Shown: piece by piece, positions 14,236-26,250 of the stretch
Position numbering within the stretch: the stretch's first letter is position 1
Layout: each line of letters opens with the position of its first letter
Origin: Eledone cirrhosa
Lineage: Eukaryota
NCBI GenBank assembly: GCA_964016885.1
Contig: OZ024742.1
Coordinates: forward strand, 73,594,001-73,658,000
Direction of reading: 5' to 3'
DNA length: 64,000 nucleotides
Program-made: the position numbers and the translations under genes
The notes under the pieces: model-generated
What the model saw: the letters and a program-made list of their open reading frames with translations, nothing else
Told to the model about the DNA's origin: nothing
Database searches by the model: none

Positions 14236-15096
14236 TCTGCTTCAACTGTTAAATACTGTGGGTGAAAGTAGCTAGGTGTGGCAGGAGGGCCCCTTATTTT
14301 ACTCAACTTGTCAAAGATGCCATTTGTGCAAAGAAGAAGGCTTTCAAAGCTAAGCTTGGAAATAAGTGCCCCTTCTTAACCTATGGTACAGGCTGCTGTG
14401 AAGACATTATTGAGTATGTAATTAGTTTCATTATCTAATGCTTCCTTCTTTTAAATACTTGAATTATTGAATACTTTTTTGTTTTTTTACTACAAACATA
14501 TATACTGATAACATGGAATATTTTTGAAATGATACCAGCAACTTTAGAGGTGTACATCTTTTTCTAAGTAGCTTAATTGTTTGATTCATATTGTATCAGT
14601 TACTTGACCAAATCATTGGTGATGCATTTGACAAACATTTTAACAGTGGTATTTTACTCCATTAATTTTCATTTGTATCATCATTGATAAAGTACCAGTA
14701 ATGCACTGGGTAATTGCTGGCCTTGTGCCAAAAGTAGAAACAATTATTTTAGAATATAATCTTTATATCCAATAATTAAAGAAGTATTCAACAATGAAAC
14801 TATTTACAATTTTGATTATGTCTTCACTATACTCCCATAGTTAAGGTTGATGACAGTAAATTTACGGGGTCTGTGTTTGTCAGCAGTGCTAAAAATATTA
14901 CAATATTATTTACAAAACATTGAAAGATTTACAGGTAATTACCATTATTTCATAAAAGGTTTTATCACAATATTCCGAGTTAAACGTGGAGCTGTGTCAC
15001 TCCTTGTTAGTTAGTCAAGGCAGTGTGGTAAACACCTCATACTTTCACTTTCACTTATCACCCATTATTTGTAAAAAAACACTGTTGCTGCTGCTA

Positions 15097-15457
15097 TTTT
15101 TTCTCTTTCTCCTCCTTTTTCTTCTTTTTCTTCGTCTTTTCTTCTTTTCTTCTTCTTCTTCTTCTTCTTCTTCTTTTTCTTCTTTCTTCTTCTTTCTTTT
15201 TCTTCTTTCTTCTTTTTCTTCTTTTTCTTCTTTCTTTTTCTTCTTTCTTTTTCTTCTTTCTTTTTCTTCTTTCTTCTTTCTTTTTCTTCTTTCTTCTTTT
15301 CTTCTTTCTTCTTTTCTTCTTTCTTCTTTTCTTCTTTCTTCTTTTCTTCTTTCTTCTTTTCTTCTTTCTTCTTTTCTTCTTTTCTTCTTTCTTCTTTTCT
15401 TCTTTCTTCTTCTTCTTTTCTTTCTTCTTTCTTTTCTTCTTTCTTTTCTTCTTCTCT
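15097..15457 (+). repeat. About 360-bp near-pure polypyrimidine tract (TTC/TTTC/TTTTC repeats)
   Basis: Direct reading, only one internal G. Confidence 0.95.
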
Positions 15458-16769
15458 AGATAGGGAAATTTAACTGCTACTTCTAGCAGATTAAGCAACT
15501 GCCTAGAGTCCTTTCTTTATAAGCTTGGAATAAATTTGACCATTGTTATTAGTTGCAGTTTAGTTTTGTCAACTACTTCCAGCCAGTCAAATGACTGCCA
15601 TATAGAAGTTCTCTTGTTGAACACAGAGGACAGATGATATACATCAACATCACGTTAGGGGAGGTTGGGGTGATATTGTTGGACTGCAGAAAATAATTCT
15701 CCCTCTCTCTTAGATTTTCTAAATCTTTCTTCAGAAGATGTAACAGGTGGTGTAAAAGCATGAGTTATTTATGCAAGGTGTGGTAGGTGGTAAGGCAAAA
15801 GGTGTAGTTTCAGTTATATATATTGATATAACTTACACAAACACCATTTTTACACTCTCACACAAACACGCTAGTTTTCACTTTGGTACAACAACTGATT
15901 AATCATATTGAATCCCAATTCCATTCAAAATATCCTCTTAGTTAAAGACTTCACATTTTTATTCAATAGTAAATAAAATATTACCAATAATTTGCCACTC
16001 ACAGAAAATGATGTATCACTACAGTATATAAACAAATTTTTTTTATTTGTGCTGTCAAAAAGTACAGCTTTTTTATTTATAACATTTTTTACTGGTCAAC
16101 TGAATAGTTTAACTCATAACATCCTGTAATGATTTAGCAGAAAATAGTTTAAACAAAAAAAAAAAAACTTTTTGTTAAAATATTTAACCCCCCCAAAAGA
16201 AACGACTAATATTTAATATTTCATGTAATGCAGTTATAGAGCTGTTTTATACCTTTCAAAAATACTTTGCTAATGTGGTTTCATATTAAGAGTTAAGGGT
16301 ACCAGAATTTATGATGTTACAGTGTTTTAATCCCATTTTCTCTTTCTTTTTGCATTTTATCATTTTGAAAGTGCATCTTAATGAATTTCTATATAATGTC
16401 AATATCATTTCATCAAAAGAGTTTGTAATAAACACTTTAGGTCTTGTATGTATATATTTATGTATGTATGTCAGTCAGTGTGTTATGGTTACTCCACTAT
16501 TATTGTTTATGCCTGAGTCCCTTTTCATTCCCACTGACTTTGTGCTCAATTTACAGATAAAAGACTACAAATACATGACATATTGGACCCTTGTGCACAC
16601 GCACATGCATGGATAGGTTTTGAAATAAAATTTGCGCACATATATATAACTCTTAATGACCCGTATCACATGAAACTACATTAGCAATACATTCTTGAAA
16701 AGTACAAAATAGCACTATGACTGCATCCCATTAAAAATTGAAACTTCAACTGTCCAATACTGCAATCTT

Positions 16770-16961
16770 TCACAGCAATCTGTCTCACTCTCTGTTCAAA
16801 CTGGCTGTGACTGGCCTCTCATACTGAAGTTAAGGTATTGTTCTCAAAATACATAGCATAAAAATTCTCATAGATTCGATATGAAATAGTTATGTAAGAT
16901 AAAGCCTTTAACACAAAAATACAATACTATATATAGAGTAATGTAAATGCTAAAGGGTTAA
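16770..16961. mobile_element. TTAA MITE copy, left end degraded
   Basis: Same interior as 5376, ends aatgctaaagggttaa. Confidence 0.72.
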
Positions 16962-17836
16962 GATATTTTCTGCTAAATCATTACATGACATTAGGAGTTA
17001 ATAAACACATTTAAGCTTCACTGTGAATAGACTCTGGGGCTCTCTGCAGAGCTGTGTGAAGAAATTATTTACTGATCATTGTTAGTCATCAGGAATATTT
17101 GTGTAAATTGATATCATTCATTGGTGTCATATTAATCAATTAAAGTACTGAGACATTGCATTTGTGGAAATATTTTAAAATAAAAGTAATATATATATAA
17201 ACTTATCTAGAGTCTTGGTAGTTAATTAGTTAATAAATCTGTGATGCCAACAACTGTACTTAGATATGTGTGTATGATTGTGCATGCATGTGTATGTACT
17301 GAGCCTAGATTTGATATTACCAGAACTAGACAACTGTGGTCGAGCTGCTACTGCTGTAACCAGTTGCATCATATTGTGTGTAAATATAACTATCTCTGCT
17401 GATCAAAAGCTTTCCCAGTGACCTCCAGACAGCCGTTGACATGACATTATTTGGCTATATCCCCATCATTGCAGGCAAATGGATCAACACTGACAGGAAA
17501 AATTGATACAAACAAGAAATCAATCTCTGATATGTTCGCAATCAGTAACTGTTGCACCGATAGCAGGAAACACTTGGTAAATTTTGTTATAAGAAAACCA
17601 GTTAGCTATAACAAATACTTAGTCACCCTTTAAGATCTCCTAGTCACAGATACATATACACATGAGGGTTAACCATGTATCTGTACCTGGTATGCTTTCC
17701 TCCTGGGAACGTAGCTCGGCAAGGCTTATGGAAAACCAGCAAGTTCCAAGAGCACAATCCCACCTCTCCCAGCTCTGGAATTGAACCCACAACCATATGA
17801 TCATGACCCCCAACACTCCAGGTGGTTGTGAAATAA

Positions 17837-17958
<122 letters not shown>

Positions 17959-18327
17959 TCCTTCCTTCCTTGTGGCCCAAGAAGGATACACAAATATTCA
18001 GACCGATAGATTCTACCATCCCCATTTTGTTTGTGTTCGGGGTGATGCACATATATATGTGTGTATGTATGCAGATAGCTAATTCCATACACCAGAGTAT
18101 AACTGTAACTATCAACTACTCTTCCAAACACCCTAACAATAGACTGTATTAGACACGGAACTCTGGATTAACACTATAGACGAGAGAGCCCAAATTATTC
18201 ACTTACACTACGCTAAACCCATGGCCTCCAAATACCTGATACTCAAAAACTCAGCAATGTCCAGTAGTGCTAAGTTTAATATTCTGATCGCAGACTTGGT
18301 ACGAGTGATGAAGAACGTGTCCCGCAT

Positions 18328-19116
18328 GTGCGACCCAACAGAAATGGAAAGACACTTCATCATCAACACTTCATCAACCGCATGCAGTTCTCTGGCTACA
18401 ACCAAAGAGACAGAATCAGAGTATACGAAGGAGCCACGGAGAAGTATAAGACCCTCATAGAACTGGACATGAAAGGAATTTGCCCATTATACAGGAGCAA
18501 ATCATGGAATAGCTTAGATAGGACTAGACATAAGATAGGGAAAGCCACCTCATGGTACGACAACCAGAGATACCAGAGTGTCATGTTTGTGGACGCTACC
18601 CCTGGAGGGAAATTAGCTAACCAGTGTAGAAAGGCCCTGAGAAAGACCCACTTAAAGATTAAGGTGGTAGAAAAGCCAGGAACCACCATAAAATCCCTGA
18701 TCAGCAAAACCTACCCTTTTAAGAAAACCCACTGTACTAATAGCAAATGTATTATATGTAAAGTAAACCCCTGGATAAACTATAAAACTAGAAACGTAGT
18801 CTATAGCATAAGATGTACAGAGGGTCATTGCAGAAACATGACAACAACATGCATAGGTGAAAGGATAGACCAAAACTGCGGGGAATTAAAAGGACGAAAA
18901 AACGGTTCAGTACTATACGAACATGCCAGACAACAACACGACGGTAACATAGACAACATAGAAATTAGAATAATATCTAAACATAGAAATGACCCAGCAG
19001 ATAGGCAAATCAGAGAGGCCAGCGAAATAGAACTTAGAAGGCCAAGGATAAACAAAAAAAATGAATGGAATAACAACAACACCCAAACAAACAATACTGA
19101 CCTAAGAGAAGTATAA
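18328..19116 (+). pseudogene. Penelope-like ORF remnant: thumb/linker plus degenerate GIY-YIG endonuclease
   Basis: 262-aa track ORF with MFVDATPGGKLA, IKVVEKPGTTIK, CTNSKCIIC, NVVYSIRC and CIGE. Frameshifted relative to the upstream RT part. Confidence 0.8.
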
Positions 19117-19320
19117 ATAAATAAATAAATAAATACACAAGCACAATAACAACAAACACATAAACACACACTAGTAAACTAAGATAAAATACAATAACCA
19201 ATACACAGTCACCCAAACACTATACACACACGCAAACGCATGCGCAGAGAAGACTAAATAAATAAATAAACAGACTAAATAAAGATGGTGTAGGCATACA
19301 ATACAACAGGAGGAACCATA

Positions 19321-19375
19321 ATAGCACCACTGACGAAGTTGCAGACGTGCAACGAAAGAACTTTGTTAGACTATA
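19321..19375 (+). ncRNA. Degenerate type I hammerhead ribozyme motif in the Penelope-like 3' end
   Basis: CTGACGA-A-[GTTGCA gacg TGCAAC]-GAAA-GAACTT. Stem II is a perfect 6 bp, stem III is minimal and stem I is imperfect. Confidence 0.55.
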
Positions 19376-19589
19376 TATATATATGTGTGTTTGTGTCTAT
19401 ATTATATCTGTATTTTTGACCGTTGGTCAGTCAATGGTAAACATTGAGGACCGAATAAATTAAATTAACCGATATAAAAAAAAACAGAAGCGAAAACCAA
19501 CCAAACAGTGAGTGTGTTCTGTTATTAATTCTGGCAATATTATTACACAAATATGACCCTCCCCAAGTGTAACAATATATATATATATA

Positions 19590-19924
19590 TTTCATTTCAT
19601 TTTACGTCCACTTTTTCCCTGCTTGCAAGGGTGGGACGGGAACTGATTCTGGCTTGATTTCTACAGCTGGATGCCCTTCCTAACACCAACCTCATTTACA
19701 GTGAGTGCTGGGTGCTTTTTTGCCGTGGCACCTCCACGACCACTTTACAGTGGAATGATAGGGACCCCAGTCCCTATCATCTCATTTCTACAGCTGAGTA
19801 AACTGGAGCAACGTGAAATAAAGTGTCTTGCTCAAGGAAACAACACATCACCCGGTCTGAGAATTGAACTCACAACCTTTCGATTGCAAGGCCAATGCTC
19901 TAACCACTAAGCCATGTGCCTCCA
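19590..19924 (-). mobile_element. SINE family B
   Basis: Near-identical to 12033-12370. Confidence 0.85.
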
Positions 19925-20004
19925 CTATGTGCCACCATATATATATATATATATATATATGATGATGATGATATATATATATATATAGAGATATATATAT
20001 ATAT

Positions 20005-20059
<55 letters not shown>

Positions 20060-21275
20060 TAGACATATAGACATATAGACATGTAAATATGTATATATGG
20101 ATCTAAGTATTACATTATGATTATATACATGTGTATGTTTGTGTGTATATATATGCACATACGTATACACACATTTACATATATAAAGTACATTATCATC
20201 AACATCATCATTTTATACCTGCTATCCATGTTAGCAATGACTGGACAATTTGTGATGGTCCAAATCTAGACATGCTTTGGTGGCCTCATTTTGCTCATAC
20301 ATTCCAAATTTGGCAGGGTTTCTATGGTTGTATGCCCTACCTTACACCAACTAACTTGCAGGGTGAACTTAGTGCATTTTATCATGGTATCAATCAGCAT
20401 TAGAGAGGTTTTCATGCTTGGGCTGAATGAAGAATCTTCTCTATCCTATATTGACTCCGTTTGATTGCCAACCACATTACAGAATGTACTGGGTGCATTC
20501 TATCATGGCACCAACGTTGTCTTAGTGAATCCACTCTTCACTTTATAGTGGGGGTTTACTGAGTGTGTTTCATTGTGGCGTCTCCCATTTCTTGCTGTAT
20601 CTACTTCTGTGTTGCAGTTATTGTACTGGCGCAAGTCTTTTATTATATTATATTAACTATTGTATTGAACATTATATTTAAAAATGGTTTGTTTTGACAA
20701 TGAGAAAAGTGGTTTTACAGGCAGTGTGAGTGAACTCTTTTGTTACCAACCCACCAATAACTGATCCTGGTTCTATGAAACAAAAACCACCAATCTAAAA
20801 GGGTTCCTATTTAAATTAAAACCTTCGATTATATATTTTAAAAGTTATTATAAATACCATGTCAATGAAATAATTAATAATTTTAGTAAATCCCTCCACA
20901 TTCTTCATTAAATCCAACTATGAAGATAATACAATCAAAGTTTATTTTGTCTTAGAAGCTTTTATCAGTATAGTTACAGAAGCAGTAGAGCATCAAACAA
21001 TACTTAATGGTATTATTGTGTTAATTCTGTATTTTGAATTAATTTTATACTTATTTCATGTCTTTATCAAATTGATTTGTCTATTGTATGATAGGCAAAT
21101 TAATTTGCTTATATCCTCATATATCCAGCCCACATGTTTCGTAATCCTTATGTTTTTAATGTTGCTGTATGTACAAGCTCTTGTGGCTAATAAAGAAATC
21201 ATTATTAATAATTATTGTTGTTTTTGCTTATTTTTTTTATTGTGTTTATCATTTCTTTTCTCTCTCTCTTTCCAG

Positions 21276-21311
21276 GGTTTTGTAAATTCAGGTGTAAATG
21301 GTATAGCATAT
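21276..21311 (+). CDS. Ssdp: 36-nt coding exon (GFVNSGVNGIAY) of an Ssdp/SSBP2-3-4 family gene
   Basis: Strong pyrimidine tract (tttcttttctctctctctttccag), then 12 open codons, then a TAT|gtaagt donor. Phase 0-0, joins the 49586 exon in frame. Resembles the GFV(N/S)SG..VNGI segment I recall after FHDY in arthropod Ssdp proteins (recalled, not searched). Confidence 0.8.
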
Positions 21312-22066
21312 GTAAGTAAAAGTTTATTATAATTTATTATCACTATTCTTGTTACTGGTCATATAAAGTTTTCTTCTTGACCGATCTTGTGTTGGGGATA
21401 TATGATGTCTATGATAGACAACTGTGTGTATGGTTTACAGAAAATAGCACAAGATGAGCTGCTTTTATTGGAGTGTAAACCTTCAGTAACCCAGCAAAAT
21501 AGCATTACCTCTCACTTACACATTTCATGATTCTCTTCCTTCATTTACTTAGCAATCTTACAACAGCAACCTTACTTCAGTTTTCAAGATGTTGAGCACT
21601 TAGATGCTTTTCTCAGCTTCAGTTTTGCCTATGCCACTCTTACTAGCTACCTATTTGTCAGTTAAGTCTTCCTGCCATCTTCTACTGTACCTCAATTAAA
21701 GGCAGTATACTTGTTTATAGGTAAATAGACATTACTGCTGAGAGTTAAGTACCTTTTGTCATAAATATGGCTTAGTGCCAAATGTTGAGCTTTGGTCCAC
21801 AACTTACCATTTCTAGATTCTCACCTCAACTCCTTTGTATAAATTATTGTCTGTAATATGAAGGTTCTTGTTGTCGGATTTTATACCCCCCCCCCTCTCT
21901 AGTCAACCAGTCCATTTGCATATCCTTAGAAAATTAAACTCAGGAGGTCTATAATGCAAGGTGGTTTATATCACATGATCCAAAACAGGGTGGTGGTGTA
22001 ATAATAATAATAGTGTGGCTAAGTTCTACATTTCTCACATTGGATTCTAAGTTCTACATTTCTCAC

Positions 22067-22249
22067 GGTGGATTGGCAGTATCGGTAGAGGGTCGGACGC
22101 CATGCTTTGACGCATAGAGTTACGGCCCTTGCCATTCTGAGTTCAAATCCCGCCGAGGTTAACTTTGCCTTTCATCCTTACGGGGTCGATAAAATAAAGT
22201 ACCAGTAATGTACTGGGTAATTTCTGGCCTTGTGCCAATAGTAGAAACA

Positions 22250-22279
<30 letters not shown>
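22067..22279 (+). mobile_element. SINE family A (full length, (ATT)n tail)
   Basis: Matches the family consensus. Confidence 0.87.
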
Positions 22280-22280
<1 letters not shown>

Positions 22281-22967
22281 GATGATGAAGATTAAAGAAT
22301 TAGAAGAATAATGATGAATAAATAAAAGTTGCACGTATTGCTTTTGACTAGTCTTTCCCTATATTATCTATAAAGTATGTGTGTTTTATTTACATAAATT
22401 ATATAGCAGTGACATCATACTACCAGTCTTCTAGTGTGTACCAGTTTTAACAACTACATTCTACTATCAGTAAATCTAGCCACTAAATTTTACTGTCTGT
22501 GGCGGCCAAATTTTGTGAAAGTTGAAGATTAAGCTGTAACCTAAAACTGCTTTTCTTCTGCACTGCTTCTCTTTCTAATGTTAGGTTACACTGACATAAT
22601 CTCAACCGAGGTCATTTGAACACATTATTTGGCATTATTATATAAACAGTTGTATAACTAAGAATTTAATACATTTTTATAGATGCCTTCATCATATCTG
22701 AATGTCTGAGAGTAGGTATGAAAATGTGAAGCTATATATGAGAAGAAGGCTAGGTTAGTCACTAGAACTGAGACAATTATAATAAGTAGGTTAGGTTAGA
22801 AAGAAGAAATCACTTAGTAAAGGTCCACATGATTGGCATGCTAGCACTGATTGGATCATATACTACTGACACAAGTACACTAGTACTGACTGGATCATAC
22901 TACTAATACTGACTGGACCATACTACTGATACTAGTATGTTAGTACTGACTGGATCGTACTAGGGAA

Positions 22968-24370
22968 TGCAGCATGGCTGAATGGTTAAGAAGTTCACTT
23001 CCCAATCATTACGTTTCAGGTTCAATCCCACTCCATAACATCTTCAGCAAGTGTAATTTACCATAGCTGTGGATTGACATCTTGGGCAAGTGTCATTTAC
23101 GATAGCTGTGGGTTGACATCTTTGGTGTCATTTGCCATAGCTGTGGGTTGCTATCTTTGGTAAGTGTAATTTACCATAGCTGTGGGTTGACATCTTGGGC
23201 AAGTGTTATTTACCATAGCTGTGGGTTGACATCTTTGGTAAGTGTCATTTACCATAGCTGTGGGTTGACATCTTTGGTAAGTGTCATTTACCATAGCTGT
23301 GGGTTGACATCTTTGGTAAGTGTCATTTGCCATAGCTGTGGGTTGACATCTTTTGTAAGTGTCATTTGCCATAGCTGTGGGTTGATGTCTTTGGTAAGTG
23401 TCATTTACCATAGCTGTGGGTTGACATCTTTGGCAAGTGTCATTTGCCATAGCTGTATGTTGACATCTTGGGTAAGTGTCATTTACCATAGCTGTGGGTT
23501 GACGTCTTTGGTAAGTGTCATTTGCCATAGATGTGGGTTGACATCTTCGGTAAATGTCATTTGACATAGATGTGGGTTGACATCTTCGGTAAGTGTCATT
23601 TACCATAGCTGTGGGTTGACGTCTTTGGTAAGTGTCATTTGCCATAGATGTGGGTTGACATCTTCGGTAAATGTCATTTGACATAGATGTGGGTTGACAT
23701 CTTCGGTAAGTGTCATTTACCATAGCTGTGGGTTGACGTCTTTGGTAAGTGTCATTTGCCATAGCTGTGGGTTGACGTCTTTGGTAAGTATCATTTACCA
23801 TAGCTGTGGGTTGGTCTTTGGTAAGTGTCATTTACCATAGCTTTGGGTTGACATCTTCGGTAAGTGTCATTTACCATAGCTGTGGGTCGACATCTTCGGT
23901 AAGTGTCATTTACCATAGTTGTGAGTCGACATCTTCGGTAAGTGTCATTTGACATAGCTGTTGGTTGACGTCTTTGGTAAATGTCATTTGACATAGCTGT
24001 GGGTTGACATCTTCGGTATGTGTCATTTACCATAGCTGTGGGTTGACATCTTCGGTATGTGTCATTTGCTATAGCTGTGGGTTGACATCTTCGGTATGTG
24101 TCATTTGCTATAGCTGTGGGTTGACATCTTCGGTAAGTGTCATTTACGCAAGCTGTGGGTTGACGTCTTAGGGAAGTGTCATTTACCATAGCTGTGGGTT
24201 GACGTCTTAGGGAAGTGTCATTTACCATAGCTGTGGGTTGACGTCTTCGGTAAGTGTCATTTACCATAGCTGTGGGTTGACGTCTTCGGTAAGTGTCATT
24301 TACCATAGCTGTGGTCGATCCATCCATACCTTATGAGTAAAATTGTGTTGACAGAAACCAAGAATTGCAT
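22968..24370 (+). mobile_element. tRNA-derived SINE (third family) interrupted by a minisatellite expansion
   Basis: Head gcatggctgaatggttaagaagttcacttcccaa..ggttcaatcccac lies before the array. The body resumes (ccttatgagtaaaatt..gacagaaac) after it. Unexpanded relatives at about 48950-49080 and 50975-51120 (minus). Confidence 0.7.
23038..24317 (+). repeat. 39-bp minisatellite, about 32 units (ggtaagtgtcatttaccatagctgtgggttgacatcttt/c)
   Basis: Direct reading. Track ORFs over it show 13-aa periodicity. Confidence 0.95.
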
Positions 24371-25046
24371 TAAGTATATTCATTTCAGTCACTTACATGT
24401 TATTTTCTCGTTGATAAACATATTAAATGGGAGAAAATATTTTCTTCAATTCCTCAATTTCACTGAAATGTTGCCATATTGCAATATTGCTACATTGACA
24501 CAGCTTGAGACATTCACAGAGATTCAGTTTGTTCTTCGTATTGAGAACATTGCTCAAATTGTTAGGTTCTCTCTCTACCATGCTGTACTGTACACTATAT
24601 ATCTGTGCATGTGTGATTGTGTGTGTTTGTGTTGGTATTCATGTATTCATTTCTGTGTGTATGTGTGGTCTTACCACATTACTACTACTAATAATACTAC
24701 AGCAGATGCACACACACAGAGCAATTAGTGTTATTAGTGAGTACATATGTATGTGTGTGTGTGTGTGTGTGTGTAAACACACACACACACCATCCCCTGC
24801 TAGCGGGGAAAGCGGACAATGATGATGATGATACTGTGTTATGGTATTAATATGTATAGTGATCATGTTTCTCAATAATTAAAATCAATGGATCTTGGTT
24901 CATAGCATCAATAATTCAAATTTAAAATATATATGTAGAGAGATAGAGGGAGGGGGGGGGGTTATATCTTCTGAGAAACACATAGTATTTTGTACACATG
25001 AATCGATCTAAGTAATCAACTATCAATTACCAACTATATATATTAC

Positions 25047-25077
<31 letters not shown>

Positions 25078-25137
25078 GTGTATATATATATATATATATA
25101 TAATATAAAATCAAAAGATGGTTAAAAGAGTTCCATG

Positions 25138-25208
25138 TATTTTATTATACGCATTTCAAAAACAAATATCATCACGGGATGATATTTGCGTTCTCATCAG
25201 ATAAAATA
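25138..25208 (-). ncRNA. Mirror copy of the type I hammerhead fold on the minus strand
   Basis: Exact reverse complement of 25329-25399 within the palindrome. Confidence 0.7.
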
Positions 25209-25328
25209 GGGAGACATGATATGAAGCTTAAAAAAACACTTGCGAGCAGTGAAGTGTTAAATCAACATATATTGATTTAACACTTCACTGCTCGCAAGTG
25301 TTTTTTTAAGCTTCATATCATGTCTCCC

Positions 25329-25399
25329 TATTTTATCTGATGAGAACGCAAATATCATCCCGTGATGATATTTGTTTTTGAAATGCGTATAATAAAATA
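25329..25399 (+). ncRNA. Type I hammerhead ribozyme fold (sense to the host gene)
   Basis: Stem I TATTTTAT/ATAAAATA, core CTGATGA, 16-nt stem II arms GAACGCAAATATCATC-ccgt-GATGATATTTGTTTTT, then GAA, a short quasi-palindromic stem III ATGCGTAT and cleavage triplet AUA. Confidence 0.7.
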
Positions 25400-25520
25400 C
25401 ATGGAACTCTTTTAACCATCTTTTGATTTTATATTATTTATACTCCAGTCTTATAAACTGTTGAGTGCTACTTATCCGATATTTGCATTGCTTTATTGTG
25501 CTACAATAAAACTCACCTCC

Positions 25521-25565
<45 letters not shown>

Positions 25566-26059
25566 TGGTTTCCACCTGTTTATGGTGGAGCCAATACTGT
25601 TGTTAGAACTCAATGTGGCCTTGAAGAGATGGTTTTTAGCGAGGTTAGGCAGAGAGCGCTATACTTTTTGTCGTAAGCGCTTATGCCATAAGGTTCCTTT
25701 GAAGATTCTGCTCAAGCTAGTCATTTGTGTGTGTGTGTGTGTGTTGAACAATGAAATTAAAGCAAAAGTCGAAGATAGGTTCTTAATTTGTTCATTGTTT
25801 TACGATGATTTCAGAGGGTTGATTGATATATTGATTAGCAGGTAGTTGTTATATCTCTACCTATTTCTAATCTTGGAATCCCTGATCTATCGCATGGTCT
25901 TGTCCTACATGGTATCATAAATAGCACCACTTTCCATTTACAAAGTATATTTGTTATTGTTTTTGTTATTTTCACTATCTAGTACCAACTGGGTGTTTTA
26001 ACTAGAGTTATACATATATATATATATTGCTTGATCTTTGGGTTTTTAAATTGTAGAAC

Positions 26060-26250
26060 AGCTATGTGGTTTCTTAGTTTGCTAGAAATAGCAGCCAAAT
26101 GTTTCAAGTCCCACCTGACTGGCCTTAAATCAGGAAAAGATACATTGGATAATGGAGTTCTTGATATACTAGACAGACTATTCGTGGATTGAATACCTTT
26201 GATCAAAGCTCTGCTCGGCCAGAGTTGACATGTTGCTAAGAAACAAGTTT
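26060..26250 (+). mobile_element. Interspersed repeat family C (unclassified, SINE-like); other copies at about 4885-5060 and 28895-29095
   Basis: Shared ctagaaatagcagccaaat...cattggataatg...cctttgatca blocks. Confidence 0.6.

Larger units (their letters stand above)
18071..19575 (+). mobile_element. 5'-truncated Penelope-like retroelement (RT C-terminus/thumb, GIY-YIG endonuclease, 3' pLTR region)
   Basis: Frameshifted coding IANSIHQSITVT...LDTELW...HYAKPMASK...SAMS, then a Cys-rich linker and NVVYSIRC..C...CIGE...LYEHARQQH...RQIREA...P.INKKNEW. Hammerhead-like motif at about 19321-19375. Flanked by TA/TG microsatellite. Confidence 0.85.
25100..25437. repeat. Perfect inverted repeat (166-bp arms, 6-nt spacer) within a (CA)/(TA) microsatellite, probably an inverted Penelope pLTR remnant
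   Basis: 25100-25265 is the reverse complement of 25272-25437. The spacer is catata. Confidence 0.95.

Noticed and set aside
14986-15498. Lys/Arg/Glu-rich and Phe/Leu/Ser-rich ORFs
   Set aside because: Translations of a polypyrimidine microsatellite.
22067-22150. tRNA gene-like A/B boxes
   Set aside because: These are SINE heads. There is no cloverleaf and they continue into the SINE body.
23148-24327. Long repetitive ORFs (138, 226 and 178 aa)
   Set aside because: A by-product of a 39-bp unit (a multiple of 3) lacking stops in some frames. The unit derives from a SINE.
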